The notes under the pieces are model-generated. The model worked only from the letters and a program-made list of their open reading frames with translations. It had not been told where the DNA came from and ran no database searches. DNA of 64,000 nt from Amoebophrya sp. A120 (Eukaryota; Protista; Dinoflagellata). Below, one piece after another: positions 1 through 11,014 of this stretch; position 1 is the first letter of the stretch; every line of letters begins with the position of its first letter. The stretch lies in contig CAJINV010000003.1 in NCBI GenBank assembly GCA_905178155.1, positions 6,877,612 through 6,941,611 of the forward strand, given 5' to 3'. The translations under genes were made by a program, and so were the position numbers.

Positions 1-100
1 GTCGGTGCCTCGCTGGGTACGGAAGCCTTGCAAGAGACAAAGTCTTCACCACATATCGGACGACTACAACAGGGTGGAGTCACCGCCAGACTGCGTACAA

Positions 101-2419
101 CTATTCCGTTTCGTACTTGTGCGCCCGAGTATCTCCTGCGGGAATCTTAAAGACCCCTCCCATGCCGTCCTTGGTGGGTTTGTGGGAGTCGACTACGTAC
201 ACGCTGCCGTCGCCGTCCCAAAGCAGACTTTCCGGCTTCACGGCATCTTTGGTGACGGGCAAGCAGGAGTTCGGGTTAAACCAGTCGCAGCGGGGGTATT
301 TCTGTCCCTTGGGGGAGACAAACACGGTCTCTCCAGACGCGAAGAAAACGTTCTTGGCGGAGAGACACAGTGCGTGTACGCCATTCGTCGTGTTGGCCAC
401 TTCGAATAATGCGGCACTCTCCCCGGCCAGGGGCTCGGGGAGAATGTGTGCCGTGTCCGCACTGGTGCTGAGCAGCGCGACTTTCACACCTTCTTCAGGT
501 GCTGATTTCATCTCGTCGGCCGCCGCTGGGCGGGCCAAAAAATCTGTTTCGCGCACGGCCTGCGCATCACCCCACCCGTAGGTCGCCTCCGAAGTCCGGT
601 GCGAGTCCAGTTTCGGGGCCGGCTTCGGCGCGGCGTGCGCAGGAACAAGGGGTCCCCGCACAACGGTCGGATTGGCGCCATCGCCGCCGGCGGCCGCGTT
701 GCCCCAGTAAACGTGGTTGGTGTGCTATGAGAGTGCGAACAGAACAACAACAGCTCCCGGTCCGACTTGCATTCGTCCTCATAATTTCACAGTGCGAAGA
801 ACGTTTACCACGAATATTACGGAAGCATTGGCAGATGCAGTCTCAGTCATCCTTTCTGCAACGTGAAGCAGCTATGTAGCAGTAGTGCCGCTAATATCCT
901 AATTCTGGCGGGCCGGCTTGAAGAAACAGATTTAGCCTCTGGCTCTGCCAACACAACCACAACCCGGGCCGAAACAAAAAGGCGTTCGAGAGTCGATTTA
1001 GCCGTCTGATGATCGGAAATCATGTTCGAATTCAATTTATTTACCAAAACAATCATTGTTATACAAGTACAACATTAGAGACGCATTTAGATTTATCCGA
1101 CCTGCATAAATAAAAAGAACCGACTCGTCATTGAAGTCTAAAGTCAGTGTTCAGTGTAAAGCAAATCCGTGAAGAGGGCGGAGACAGGGTAGTAAGTTGA
1201 CTAATTGTGCACTCGGATACGTCCACTGCCAGGGGTCCGGGGGCGGCCAGCCGGCTCGCGCCGGCAAACCCGGCGTCGTACAGCAGGGTTGGGTTGAAGA
1301 AGCGCGCACTCTCAAAGGCGGCGCGCGGCTGCAAGAACACCGCTTTCGCCGCCATCGCGTCGGGCGGGGGCAGCAGCAGCTTCCCGTCGAAGTAGAGGTC
1401 TCCCTCTTTGGATACTGCAATGCCGTCGGCCTCGACGGAGTCCACCGCCAGGTTCTGATGCCCATCAGTGATCGTATGGCATTCTCAAAGGTTTTTACGT
1501 GAATTTTGGAAGCAAGAATGGCACAGGGACAGGCACAGAGTGGAAAATCCCGGTCCCGGACAACGACAAGATCGTGCTTCCTGCATGACAAATCTGGCGG
1601 TGGCAGCGCACATTTGCATGTTATTAACCGCGTCGCAAGCTGGTACTAAGTCACGAGAGCCAGCTTGAAGATTATGTTGATTTTGACACTAGAGGCTCTA
1701 CAAGAAAAAATCCAGCCGATGAAATTATACAACGGCGATCAATGTAGCACTTGAGAACGCCATAAATCAACTTCCCTGCCTGGAGCTCCGCTAGGTTGTA
1801 GTACACGATCTTCCCAAGCCCGCTGTCCGCCACAAACAGCCGCATGCGGTCCGGGTCGACGACGACTAAATACCACGGAGAAAAAAGCTAGCATAATATC
1901 AACTGAATTATCATACTTGATGTCATGATGGGGGCACCCGGAGCACTCACCTGCGAAACGGAGACAAATTTTCATTTTTAGGGTATGATAGATAAGTTTT
2001 CGCATCACGAATATGATATGCAACACTGGCGCTAGTTCTTTTCTGTGTGATACCGCGGTCGGAGTGACGAGGCCGGCTCTCACCAAAGGTTTTAACTCCA
2101 CCGCATTGTCATCTGACTTCGAAGAGAGGTGCAGGTAAGACAGCGCACGCTCGCGCGGTTGCGACAAAATCAGGTACTCGCTGATGTCAGGCGTTGCGGC
2201 CGCAAATGAGAAACCTGCCGCGGACCAAAAGGTCCAAAGCACGCCGGAACTGGTCGCAAATACGGCTGCTGTAAGGCGGGTGATCATTGCTGAAGCTGAT
2301 AGCGCAATCTTCGTGCTTCCTACACGAGCTCCGCGCCCTTTGCCTTTGCCTGTGACTGGCCGGCAGCTTCGTCTTGCAATCATTGCACTGGATGTGGTGC
2401 AGGAACGATACTTCTGCAT
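101..2419 (-). CDS. Secreted beta-propeller protein (NHL/SMP-30/YWTD-like blades), multi-exon; start and 3' end uncertain
   Basis: Removing elements 1871-2052, 1475-1764 and 726-1219 (+5 nt each) joins the ORFs in frame: ...GLVTPTAVVVDPDRMRLFVADSGLGKIVYY...GKLITDGHQNLAVDSVEADGIAVSKEGDLYF...PGPLAVDANHVYWGN...KPESLLWDGDGSVYVVD. Hydrophobic signal-like N-terminus (MITRLTAAVF...). Confidence 0.7.
726..1219. mobile_element. Degenerate TIR intron element
   Basis: Left end tatgagagtgc vs reverse complement of right end tatccgagtgc; DR tgtgc/cgtcc; element+5 removal is in frame. Confidence 0.65.
1475..1764. mobile_element. TIR intron element, family D
   Basis: tatggcattctcaa...ttgagaacgccata; DR gatcg/aatca; in-frame excision. 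Confidence 0.8.
1871..2052. mobile_element. TIR intron element, family G (degenerate)
   Basis: taccacggagaaaaaagctagc...gctagttcttttctgtgtgata; DR decayed (sense CGCGG/TTTAG); in-frame excision. Confidence 0.65.
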
Positions 2420-3260
2420 CGTTCTTCTCTCCTCGTCGTCCTACTGTTGTAAGCAATAGCAATGCTGTGCTCGAAAAGACGATGAAAATTATCCTGGTCG
2501 CTTTTGGCCGCTCAGCCGTCGTGCCCCTTTCAGTAGCCTTTCGTCACGGGGTGTTCGCTGTTCCTGCGCCGGTGGACGAGTGAAACCTCATCGAGGCAGT
2601 CGCGCAGCGACAAGGAAGGGAGCGGCTGCATTTTCTGTTGCAGTTCCTCTAATCGCCCTCAGCCAACATCGCACCAACGGCTACGCAGTCTACTACATCT
2701 TCAACGGCGAACAATGTACGCAAAAATAGTGGTACCAGAGTGTGTTATAGTATATGTATAAAGAGGAGTCCACCGACCTGCTCGTAACGACGACCCTAGT
2801 AAGTACCTCTTCCTCGGCACCATGAAAACGTCGCCCATGATACCTCAAAAAGATGTTCTTTTAAGTTCTTGCACGCAGTGAAGCTCCACGAGCACAACGA
2901 GCCACAATGACAATCTCACACATAGCAAGCACTTTTTTGCTTTATTGTTGCCGGAGTCGTCACTGTCTTCACTCGTCTTTCCTTCCTCAGCGCTCGTTTC
3001 TCTACTTTTTTACATCGGCTTTTTTATAAAACGGAAGCGTTCGGTGGAAAACGATAAAAGGCCGATAGGCAGACGCTGTCGCTACGACGAGCAGCAGGCA
3101 CAGCCACAGGCTGGCCTGATTTTACAAGTATTATGCGGCTAGCCTTTGTAGTTCAGGTACAGATTCTTCACACTGGATCTTTACGTTTCATGTGCCCGCG
3201 ACTTCTAACAATATCAGTGACAGCCATAACGGCCAGGAAGTGTTCTTCGGTCTCCCAACC

Positions 3261-6200
3261 TCAAAGCCGCAGCGATACGCCGACAGGACAGTGGTCACCG
3301 AATTGGGCGGTGTACTTGGGTAGCATGAAGCTTTCAACGACCTTGTCCGCAAGTTTTGCCTTCGACGCGAGGCAATAGTCCAGCCGCAAGCCTCTATTGT
3401 ATTGCTTGTTCTTCATGCGCTGCGCCCAGTACGAAAAATGTCCTAGCTTGCTTGAATCTCCTCCGGAGTCCGAAAAAGCACCCACAGTTTGCTTGAAGCA
3501 ATCCACGAGCGAACATTCCTGGCGGACAAAATGTTTCTTTTTGATGTTTAGGTGAAACTGAAAGAGGATGCCGACTGAAACGAGAAACACTCCTGAAGTG
3601 GCATGTATTCCTTCTGGATCATGTACACAGGTTGCGAATACGAATAGGGCGATGTTTTTATCATTCATACCGATATCAGCTTTTACCTTTTGGTACTGGC
3701 CGGGAACTTTCAGTATTCAGCTGCTGGTATAAATTTCACTGCTGGTATAAATGCTACTTCTTCATCGTTCGAATAGTCATAACTATATGAAAATACATTT
3801 TTAGCTTTGACTTTGTACCTGCAACATTTTCCCGAAGGACGCCCGTTCCTGAGGGGTCAGGCCTGCCTGTTTTTCGACATCCTTTGATATGTTCAGGTTC
3901 CAAATGTCCTCATCCAAGTGGGCAACGTTAAAGTCGCCAATAGCCAGCACGGGTTCTTCATACCGTGTAAAAGCAGTATCGCACCCCCACCCGTATCTAT
4001 GAGTTCCAAACTGCATGGCTGACTTTCTTACTATACTTCAAGCAGCATGTCATGGGGAGAACTAAGGGTAGGTCGTCCTTTGCTCTTTTTATTTCTTAGG
4101 GCCGGCCAGAGAGTACGCGATTATAGGGCAAAGAGGCAAAGCTACTTACTAAAAACCACCTTGCGCTTGCTTCAGGCTCAGGCACCGAATGATAAATTCG
4201 TTCATGCATCAAAAATCTGTCAAATGGTAAATTCAAAAATTAGAAGTCGCAGTGGTGTCTGAATGCGATTCTTTTGCAATTCATATTTCTTCTGTTGCTT
4301 CACCAGCTCTCGAAAGCAAGGGTCCCAGACGTGTTCGCGGTACGACAATCGTTTCAACTCACTGCCACTGTTTGGCGTGTAAACGATCAGTAGGATAAAG
4401 CTTGTGTACTCGACCTTCAGCAAACGACCCTCGGCTTCCAATATGCAAATGAAGGACTGGTGTTGGTGATTTTTTGCTCACGGGGTCTGCCTCTTTGTCT
4501 TTGTTATTTCCAGCATGCACTACGAAGTTCGACTCCATACATTTTCGCTCCTCTTGAAGCAAGTTGTTGTAGTTCTACTGTGTACTTCTACTTCTACGTA
4601 GCTAGTGCCTCTACAAGAAACCAAACTTTTCTTCATATTCATCCATTTTACGGCGCAAACCCGTGGCTCGGTTTTTTTGTCACGTGACTTCCTGTAGCTT
4701 GTCTGTGGACGATGTAGTACACGCTCACGCACATGCAATCCGGTGAATATCAAACCGACCATATTTATCGAGAGACACATCACCTGAGGAACCTCGTGCT
4801 TCGAATCACATTTTTGTCCTCGTTTCGAATAGATAAGTAAGTTTACTAGATGACGAGGACGCTCTTCAGTGAAACCACAGAGCGCGTACCGCTACCAGTA
4901 CTTGTTTCATTTTCATATCCTGAGCCGGAACTTCCACGTTAGTCTTCGGTGCCGACTGAAAGAAGGTGTCGCGCTCCTTCGATATCTGCACAACGCTCAG
5001 TGGAGAGCTTTTCCTTGCCAGGAAGGCCACACCGGAATAGCCCTTCTTGTTGGGGTCGGTACAACTGTTCCAAGTAACGGCATATCCGGGTGCTAGCTCT
5101 GCGAGCTCGGACGTCATGTCTTCCTCGTGCACCTCCTGCAGTTTCGTCTCAAGCAGCGCGACTCCATCGGGGGCCTCTTGTTTTAGTACCTCCACCAACT
5201 GCCCACCCCGGCTTTTCACAAAGGAACCTGAAGAATAAAATGAAACTCAAAACAGTGTCACAGTGAGCCGGTAAAAACTTCTCTCTGGAGGTTTGTATTT
5301 GTTACCCCCCTTAGTCATTATCAACGATGACATTGCAGTGTACTGACACGGTTGCGTATCCAGATAATTCACACCAATGTTGTGTGATATTCCCATTTTT
5401 GCGATCAGTAGAAGTGTCCAAAAGTGCACCACATACAGATACAGTTCTAGCCGGAAGCTAATATATAAATATAACGAATTCATCCTTCGTCATGGTGGAG
5501 CACGAAAAGGACCGAGCGTCGAGGAGGCTCCTCGGCAGAGGCGTCTATGTGGTGTTCCGCAACCGTCTCGAGGTGCGTGCATGGCCTGTACTGTCACGCA
5601 AAGCAAAACACTTGCGCTTGCTGTGCTTCGTAAGTCGAAGTCAATGTGTCACCAAGACACTGAAACAAGAAGAACAAAACAAAAGTAAGGACCTATCCAT
5701 AAGTGTAGACCTTCACTTTTATTAAGTAGCATAAACATTGAAAATCATCATGACGGGGGTGATGTGCCATTTTATCGGACACAAACGAAACAAGCCCGCC
5801 CGCCGGCCTAGGTTTCCTTTTTTCTTTGGGTAGCGTTATATCACTCGTGAGAAGACGGCTAGCCTCCAAACTGGTTAACGTTAACTTAAACTTACTAAGC
5901 CATGCATTAACTCACACAAACAAAAAAAGAAAATGATGAGAATACGTAGTCCCGCAACGTTCCAAGACAGCAATTTGAAGTTTCCCCCTACTTTGCGCGT
6001 GAGCACCGGCCATGGGATAGCAGTTCGTGGTTCCCCATACTTTCCGTACAAGGCATCTGCAAACTTCTCCTTTTTTACCTTCTTCCCACCGGAGGCAGTA
6101 TTTTTATCTAGGTCCCCGTCGGCTTTCTTAGGTTTTTTCTTATCCTTTTGCGCTTTTTTTTTCGCGCTTTTTTCTTGTCCCTTGGCTTGGAATGAGGAAG

Positions 6201-6435
6201 GAGGTGCCTTTTGTTTCTTCTCCGCCTTTTTCATCACTTTCTTCGTCGCATTTTTCTTTTTCGCCGTTGATGACGCAGCAACTTGTTTTTTCATGGAGAG
6301 CGGCGTTTTCTTTCCGCTCTCCAGCTTCTGGCTCTGCTTCCGCGCGGCTGTGGTCCCCGGCACTGATTTGTTCGCATCGGCATCCTTTGCTGGACTCAAT
6401 GAATTTCGACTCTTACTCGTGGAGCGGGGAGGCAT
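3261..6435 (-). CDS. Exodeoxyribonuclease III / APE1-family AP endonuclease, multi-exon, with Lys-rich N-terminal extension
   Basis: EEP-family motifs in order across exons: LLSWNVAGLR, LETK, KKGYSGVA, EGRL, VYTPNSG..LKRLSYR, GDFNVAH, ERASF, FSYW, GLRLDY, GDHCPV*. The first intron (about 5228-5945) reads as GT-AG. Confidence 0.9.
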
Positions 6436-7500
6436 CGTGGTGGAGAAAGCTGGACTTGTTCTTAGGGTAGTTCCTCTCGCGCATGCAAGTTCCTCGCAAC
6501 TCCCAGCAGACACGAGTTGTGGTCGAATCCACCAACTTGCGTCGATGTTGTGCTTTGACAATCGTTCTTGCCTACTTGGTCTCAGTGGTAGCGAGAATCT
6601 GTGAAGGTTCCTACATCGACTGACATTTGACACGAGTGCGAAGCTGATTGTCTTCGGGACGATAGGCTTGCTCGTCCAAATGGGATCGAAAAAACGTGAC
6701 GAAAATTTGCTGCACTGGGCTACAATATGATCCTGTGATACTAGCGATCCGGAAAACGATAACAACATCCACACAGTCGATAGTATCGAATACTGCAAGC
6801 TAAAAATGATAAATCTTCGAGGAAGCTGTACTAGTTCTGGTTAGCGATGATCTCGTGACATGTAGGCGCTGTACTTTTCAAAAGCATTGACGCGTCGAGT
6901 TTGAATCTCGATCTATGTGGACCTGCCGGGGCAAATCGAGCTTGGATTGGCTTTTGTTTTTTGATCTGCAGCGTTGAGATTCACACAAGCCGAATGCAGA
7001 GAACACATAGCCGGATGTGATTGTGAAGGAGGCAGGCATATTGAATTTTATCCCATTACCATTTTTCGTTCAACTGTACCTTAGCCATGCCGGTTAATGG
7101 GGAATGTCAATGTGATGGTACAACCACGGCGGGTGGAAAAACCTCCTGCATTCATACTCCTCTTGTCTTCACGAATGAGCGGGGTGCACTCATATGAGAA
7201 ATAAAGTGTGGGAAAAACATCTATCTTTTCATCATTTCAGGTTCCATGAAAGAAACGCGCAATGTTGAGGTTCCTTTGGGTCTCATTTCGGATTATTCTT
7301 AGCCTTTGCGTGGAAAATCTAAGTCATGATCATCGAACTTGAATTTTCAATTTCATATACACATGAAAACTAAAGAGATTGATCCGGCGTCAGGAGGAGT
7401 CATCTGACTCCAAATTTTTCAAGACATCAAAGGCCGCAAAAACGCACGAATCCGGTGGGATAAATCAACTTGCACCTCCTCCTGCTCGTCTCCTTCAGCC

Positions 7501-9957
7501 CTACTGATGGAGGAGGATGATGTTATCACGGTGCGCCACTTCGGGCTCCGCGACATAGCCGAGCTTCTCTTGAAAGCAGGTAGAGCGGAGTCCGCGAATC
7601 TTGAGCATCTCTTCCGTAGTAAACTCGACGATTCCCTGGGCCACGAGCGTAGCGCCAGTGATTAATTCCAGGTGTTGCGCTTGTTTTTTTTCCACGGCCA
7701 GTAGGTCATCTGCCGACCGACCACGCGCCGCTCGATTTTTCGTAAGCGCTGCAGCAGGGGGAGGAAGGGCTCCACCGGCTGTCCACGCGGACGGGATCGG
7801 CCGGGCACTAGCGCCAGACATCCGCTGCGATCCTTCCGCAGATGCCGACACACCTCTCACGGACGTGCTGGCAGAGACGACGGTCGCGGCCGCAGAGCTA
7901 GAATTAGTGGCCACAAGAAGTTCTTGTACGGTTTCCGCTCCATCGTTCGCGTTCTTCGACGTGCTGATGTTCGGGTTTATTTGAGCGGGTAGTTGCACTT
8001 CGACTTCAACGTCGCGCTCTGATACATCGTCTGCCACATCCTGCAAATTCAGTAAGTGATTCGTCACCGCGCGGTCACTGCCAGTGCCGGCTTTATTGAT
8101 GTCGTGTTGTGCATCAACTTCTACTAGTGGTGCGCGTTGCAGCTCGCGCACCACGGGCCTCACGCCTGCTTGTGAGCGTTCTTGTTCGCCGTACCTATGT
8201 GCGTGGATCATTTCCGTTGCACCACCAGCGGTCGTGCCAGGGAGAGTATCGCGGACGAGATAGATCTGCACGCAATCGCCGCACAGAAAATCACCCTCTA
8301 CCGCGACAATGCCCACAGCAAGAAGCGACTTCTTGTTTTGCAGCGCCTGAAAGGCGCCGGGGTTCACAAACAGCTTGCCCTTTGCAGGGAGTGCTAGAAT
8401 CCAACGTCGCTGATACTTCAGCGTGGAGGCGCTCGGCATAGCGTGGAAAAACGTGCCAATCAAGGCCCTCTTTTTCGCATTTCTGGCTCCTTCGACTTGT
8501 TCTTGGTTTTTACAACCGTTGTTCAATATTCTGTTTGTAGTTGTGTCAGTCTCCGCTGCGTGATGCTGCTCGTTTGATGCCTGCTCACCGGTTTCTCGAC
8601 CTGGCTCCTTCTGGTGTTGAACTGCAACTGTCGGGAACCCTGGCACTTGAAGATGTTGTTCCGCTGGTTGCTGCTCTGGTTGTACTGTATTTTCTTTTCT
8701 TGAAGAAACACCCTGGCCCCTGCTTGCACTAGTTGTTGTTGTCGGCTGCTTGTTAGAATGGTCGTTGTATTCCGACAGGAAGTCGAGAATGCGTTCCGGT
8801 TCCGCCCCGTTTACGAGGACGCACTGAATCCCGGCCACTGCTGCCATCTTCGCAGCCACTAGCTTGGTTTCCATCCCTCCGGTTCCCCACTTTCCGCTAC
8901 TGGGCGCGGTTCCGGGTGGTCCTGCACCCACCGCCCCGGTGGACGAGGGCTGCGACGGGGGAGCAGGAGCAACAGGTGCAAGGGTCGGCGAGGAGGGTCT
9001 CGCAGTCGCGGCCGTTGTCGCGGCACTGCAAGAAGTTCCTTCCACCTTCGTCACCGTCTCCACCGGGGCCAGGTCCTGCATCGTCCGCACTTCGCGGATG
9101 GGCTTTGCTAGGTCGGGGTACAATCCCGGGTTGCACGTGTATACGTAGTCCACGTCCGTCAACAAAAAGAGCCAGTCGGCCTCCAGATTCACGGCCGTCA
9201 ATGCGGCCAACTGGTCGTTGTCGCCGAACTTTTCGTGCAGCCCGGTGGTTGGGTGGACGCTGTCGTTTTCGTTGAGAATGGGAATCACGTTGTACCGTAG
9301 CAGCTCGAACACCGTGTTGCGGATGTTCTCGAAGGTCGAAAAAGCGCTGAAGTCCCGGCGGGTGATCAGCAGCTGGGCGACCTTCTGCTTGCCCGCGCTA
9401 GCCACGTCGAACAGGTCCTCGTAGATCCGCATCAGGTAGCTCTGCCCCGCCGCCGCAACCGCCTGCTTGCCCGACACCGTCGTGGGCTTTTCCGCGAGCT
9501 GCAGCTTGATCCGCCCGCAGCCCTGGGCCCCCGAGCTGACCAGCACAACGCGGTGGCCGTCGCGGCGGAGCCGCATGATGGTCTCAATCAGTCGCCCGAT
9601 CGCGGGAAGCTTCAGTCGCGCATCATCGGTCAGCAGCGAACTGGTGCCGATCTTGATCACGCAAAGTTTCGACTTATAATTTGGATTTGCAGCTAGTACC
9701 GCGGAGGAAGTTGTCGCGGACGAGGTCGTCGCGGCCCCACTGGTTCTTGCTGCAGCTCCTCGTCCGCCGGAAGTAGAACTTCTACCTGCTGCCGTGGACG
9801 AGCGCGGGGAACAAGCTGTGCGGCCGGAGGACGACCGGTGCTTACAGGGTCCTTGATGTCGTTGCGCAAGAGCATCATCTTCATCCTCATCCACATCTGG
9901 GCGAGCGGCCGTGCCCTGCTTCGGTGATGCAAGCGGGAGCGGACGCGGGGAGTTCAT
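7501..9957 (-). CDS. proB: Glutamate 5-kinase with C-terminal PUA domain and low-complexity insertions
   Basis: 818-aa uninterrupted ORF: VIKIGTSSL, VLVSSGA, KQAVAAAGQ, IPILNEND, FGDND, LLTDVD, GTGGMETKL, PUA-type SLLAVGI..VEGDF..GD, HRDNI. Confidence 0.93.
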   Translation of the reverse strand: MNSPRPLPLASPKQGTAARPDVDEDEDDALAQRHQGPCKHRSSSGRTACSPRSSTAAGRSSTSGGRGAAARTSGAATTSSATTSSAVLAANPNYKSKLCVIKIGTSSLLTDDARLKLPAIGRLIETIMRLRRDGHRVVLVSSGAQGCGRIKLQLAEKPTTVSGKQAVAAAGQSYLMRIYEDLFDVASAGKQKVAQLLITRRDFSAFSTFENIRNTVFELLRYNVIPILNENDSVHPTTGLHEKFGDNDQLAALTAVNLEADWLFLLTDVDYVYTCNPGLYPDLAKPIREVRTMQDLAPVETVTKVEGTSCSAATTAATARPSSPTLAPVAPAPPSQPSSTGAVGAGPPGTAPSSGKWGTGGMETKLVAAKMAAVAGIQCVLVNGAEPERILDFLSEYNDHSNKQPTTTTSASRGQGVSSRKENTVQPEQQPAEQHLQVPGFPTVAVQHQKEPGRETGEQASNEQHHAAETDTTTNRILNNGCKNQEQVEGARNAKKRALIGTFFHAMPSASTLKYQRRWILALPAKGKLFVNPGAFQALQNKKSLLAVGIVAVEGDFLCGDCVQIYLVRDTLPGTTAGGATEMIHAHRYGEQERSQAGVRPVVRELQRAPLVEVDAQHDINKAGTGSDRAVTNHLLNLQDVADDVSERDVEVEVQLPAQINPNISTSKNANDGAETVQELLVATNSSSAAATVVSASTSVRGVSASAEGSQRMSGASARPIPSAWTAGGALPPPAAALTKNRAARGRSADDLLAVEKKQAQHLELITGATLVAQGIVEFTTEEMLKIRGLRSTCFQEKLGYVAEPEVAHRDNIILLHQ

Positions 9958-11014
9958 GCTGCTCGTTCGGAGAGCGAGAGGTCGATGTAGTGCAAGAATA
10001 TGTAAGAGATAAGGCTCAAATACTCATAGATTGAAAGGAGCTTCCTGGCGTACCAAAGTCTCTGTCACTGCTGTGAATCAAACAATAAAAAGCAGAAGAT
10101 CTCGAAATTTCGAGAATAAACCATCTAGACTCTAGAGTGGTAGAAGCCAAAAAATTAAAATCCACACCAAATTTGAAAAACTGGCATTGATAATTAATGC
10201 TTAGCGCAACGTCGAGCACAACGTACACAAGATGCAAGTAGGAAGTTCTTGGCACAATGGAACCTCATGTACTCGTCCTTTATTTTAAGGCGGGTGCCAA
10301 TGAGTAAGAAATCTCGCACGACACGTGAACGGATACAAAAAGACGGTTTGTGATGGAAAAGATCAAAGCTCCCCCCGCATGTGACTGCGCTGATGATCAT
10401 GATCTTATGCGGCTGCCACAAGCAAATTTTGCATTCCTTCATTTTTTTCGTTCTAGCTGTCTACTCCATGTCCACAGGCGATTTTTTCTCAATTATGGCG
10501 ATCTTGGGAACGGGTGGCATCAAGGGATCTGAATGTACGTTGTGCTATTAATATTCTCAGTTTGGGATCCCGATCCGCTAGTTATCTTCATAATCGTCTT
10601 CTAAAAATGCCTTAGAACAAAGCATTGCGTGTAAATTTCTTTTTCAGTTGCCGTTGTGATTTTGAATGTGATCGGCATGATCCGCTCGAATTCGTGCTCT
10701 TGATAATTATGAGCCAGCGCTGCAACACCGCTCACATCACCCTGGAGTGCCTTTCACTTCACAGCTTTTCACCAACAGTATCATGACTTTCCACTTTTCG
10801 TGTTTCCCCATGCTAATTTAGTCCTCTGGCTACCAACATTTTCTTGAGTTATGCCATCTACAGTGCGAGGAGGACGGGACAGCTATGACGACTAGCTTCC
10901 AGAAGCGAGGCTTTTATTTTTCAATCAGCTGCACCGAAGGGACAAACGTAATTCTTGTGGGAGAGGAGCCAGAGCAAGTACATGCTCTCTTACAACTACA
11001 AATTTAATAGAAAC

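Noticed and set aside
2670-2686. Relic dinoflagellate spliced leader (minus strand cgtagccgtt)
   Set aside because: Match to DCCGTAGCCATTTTGGCTCAAG is too short to be significant
5933-6604. Plus-strand Phe-rich 223-aa ORF and other long plus-strand ORFs
   Set aside because: Antisense shadows of minus-strand coding exons
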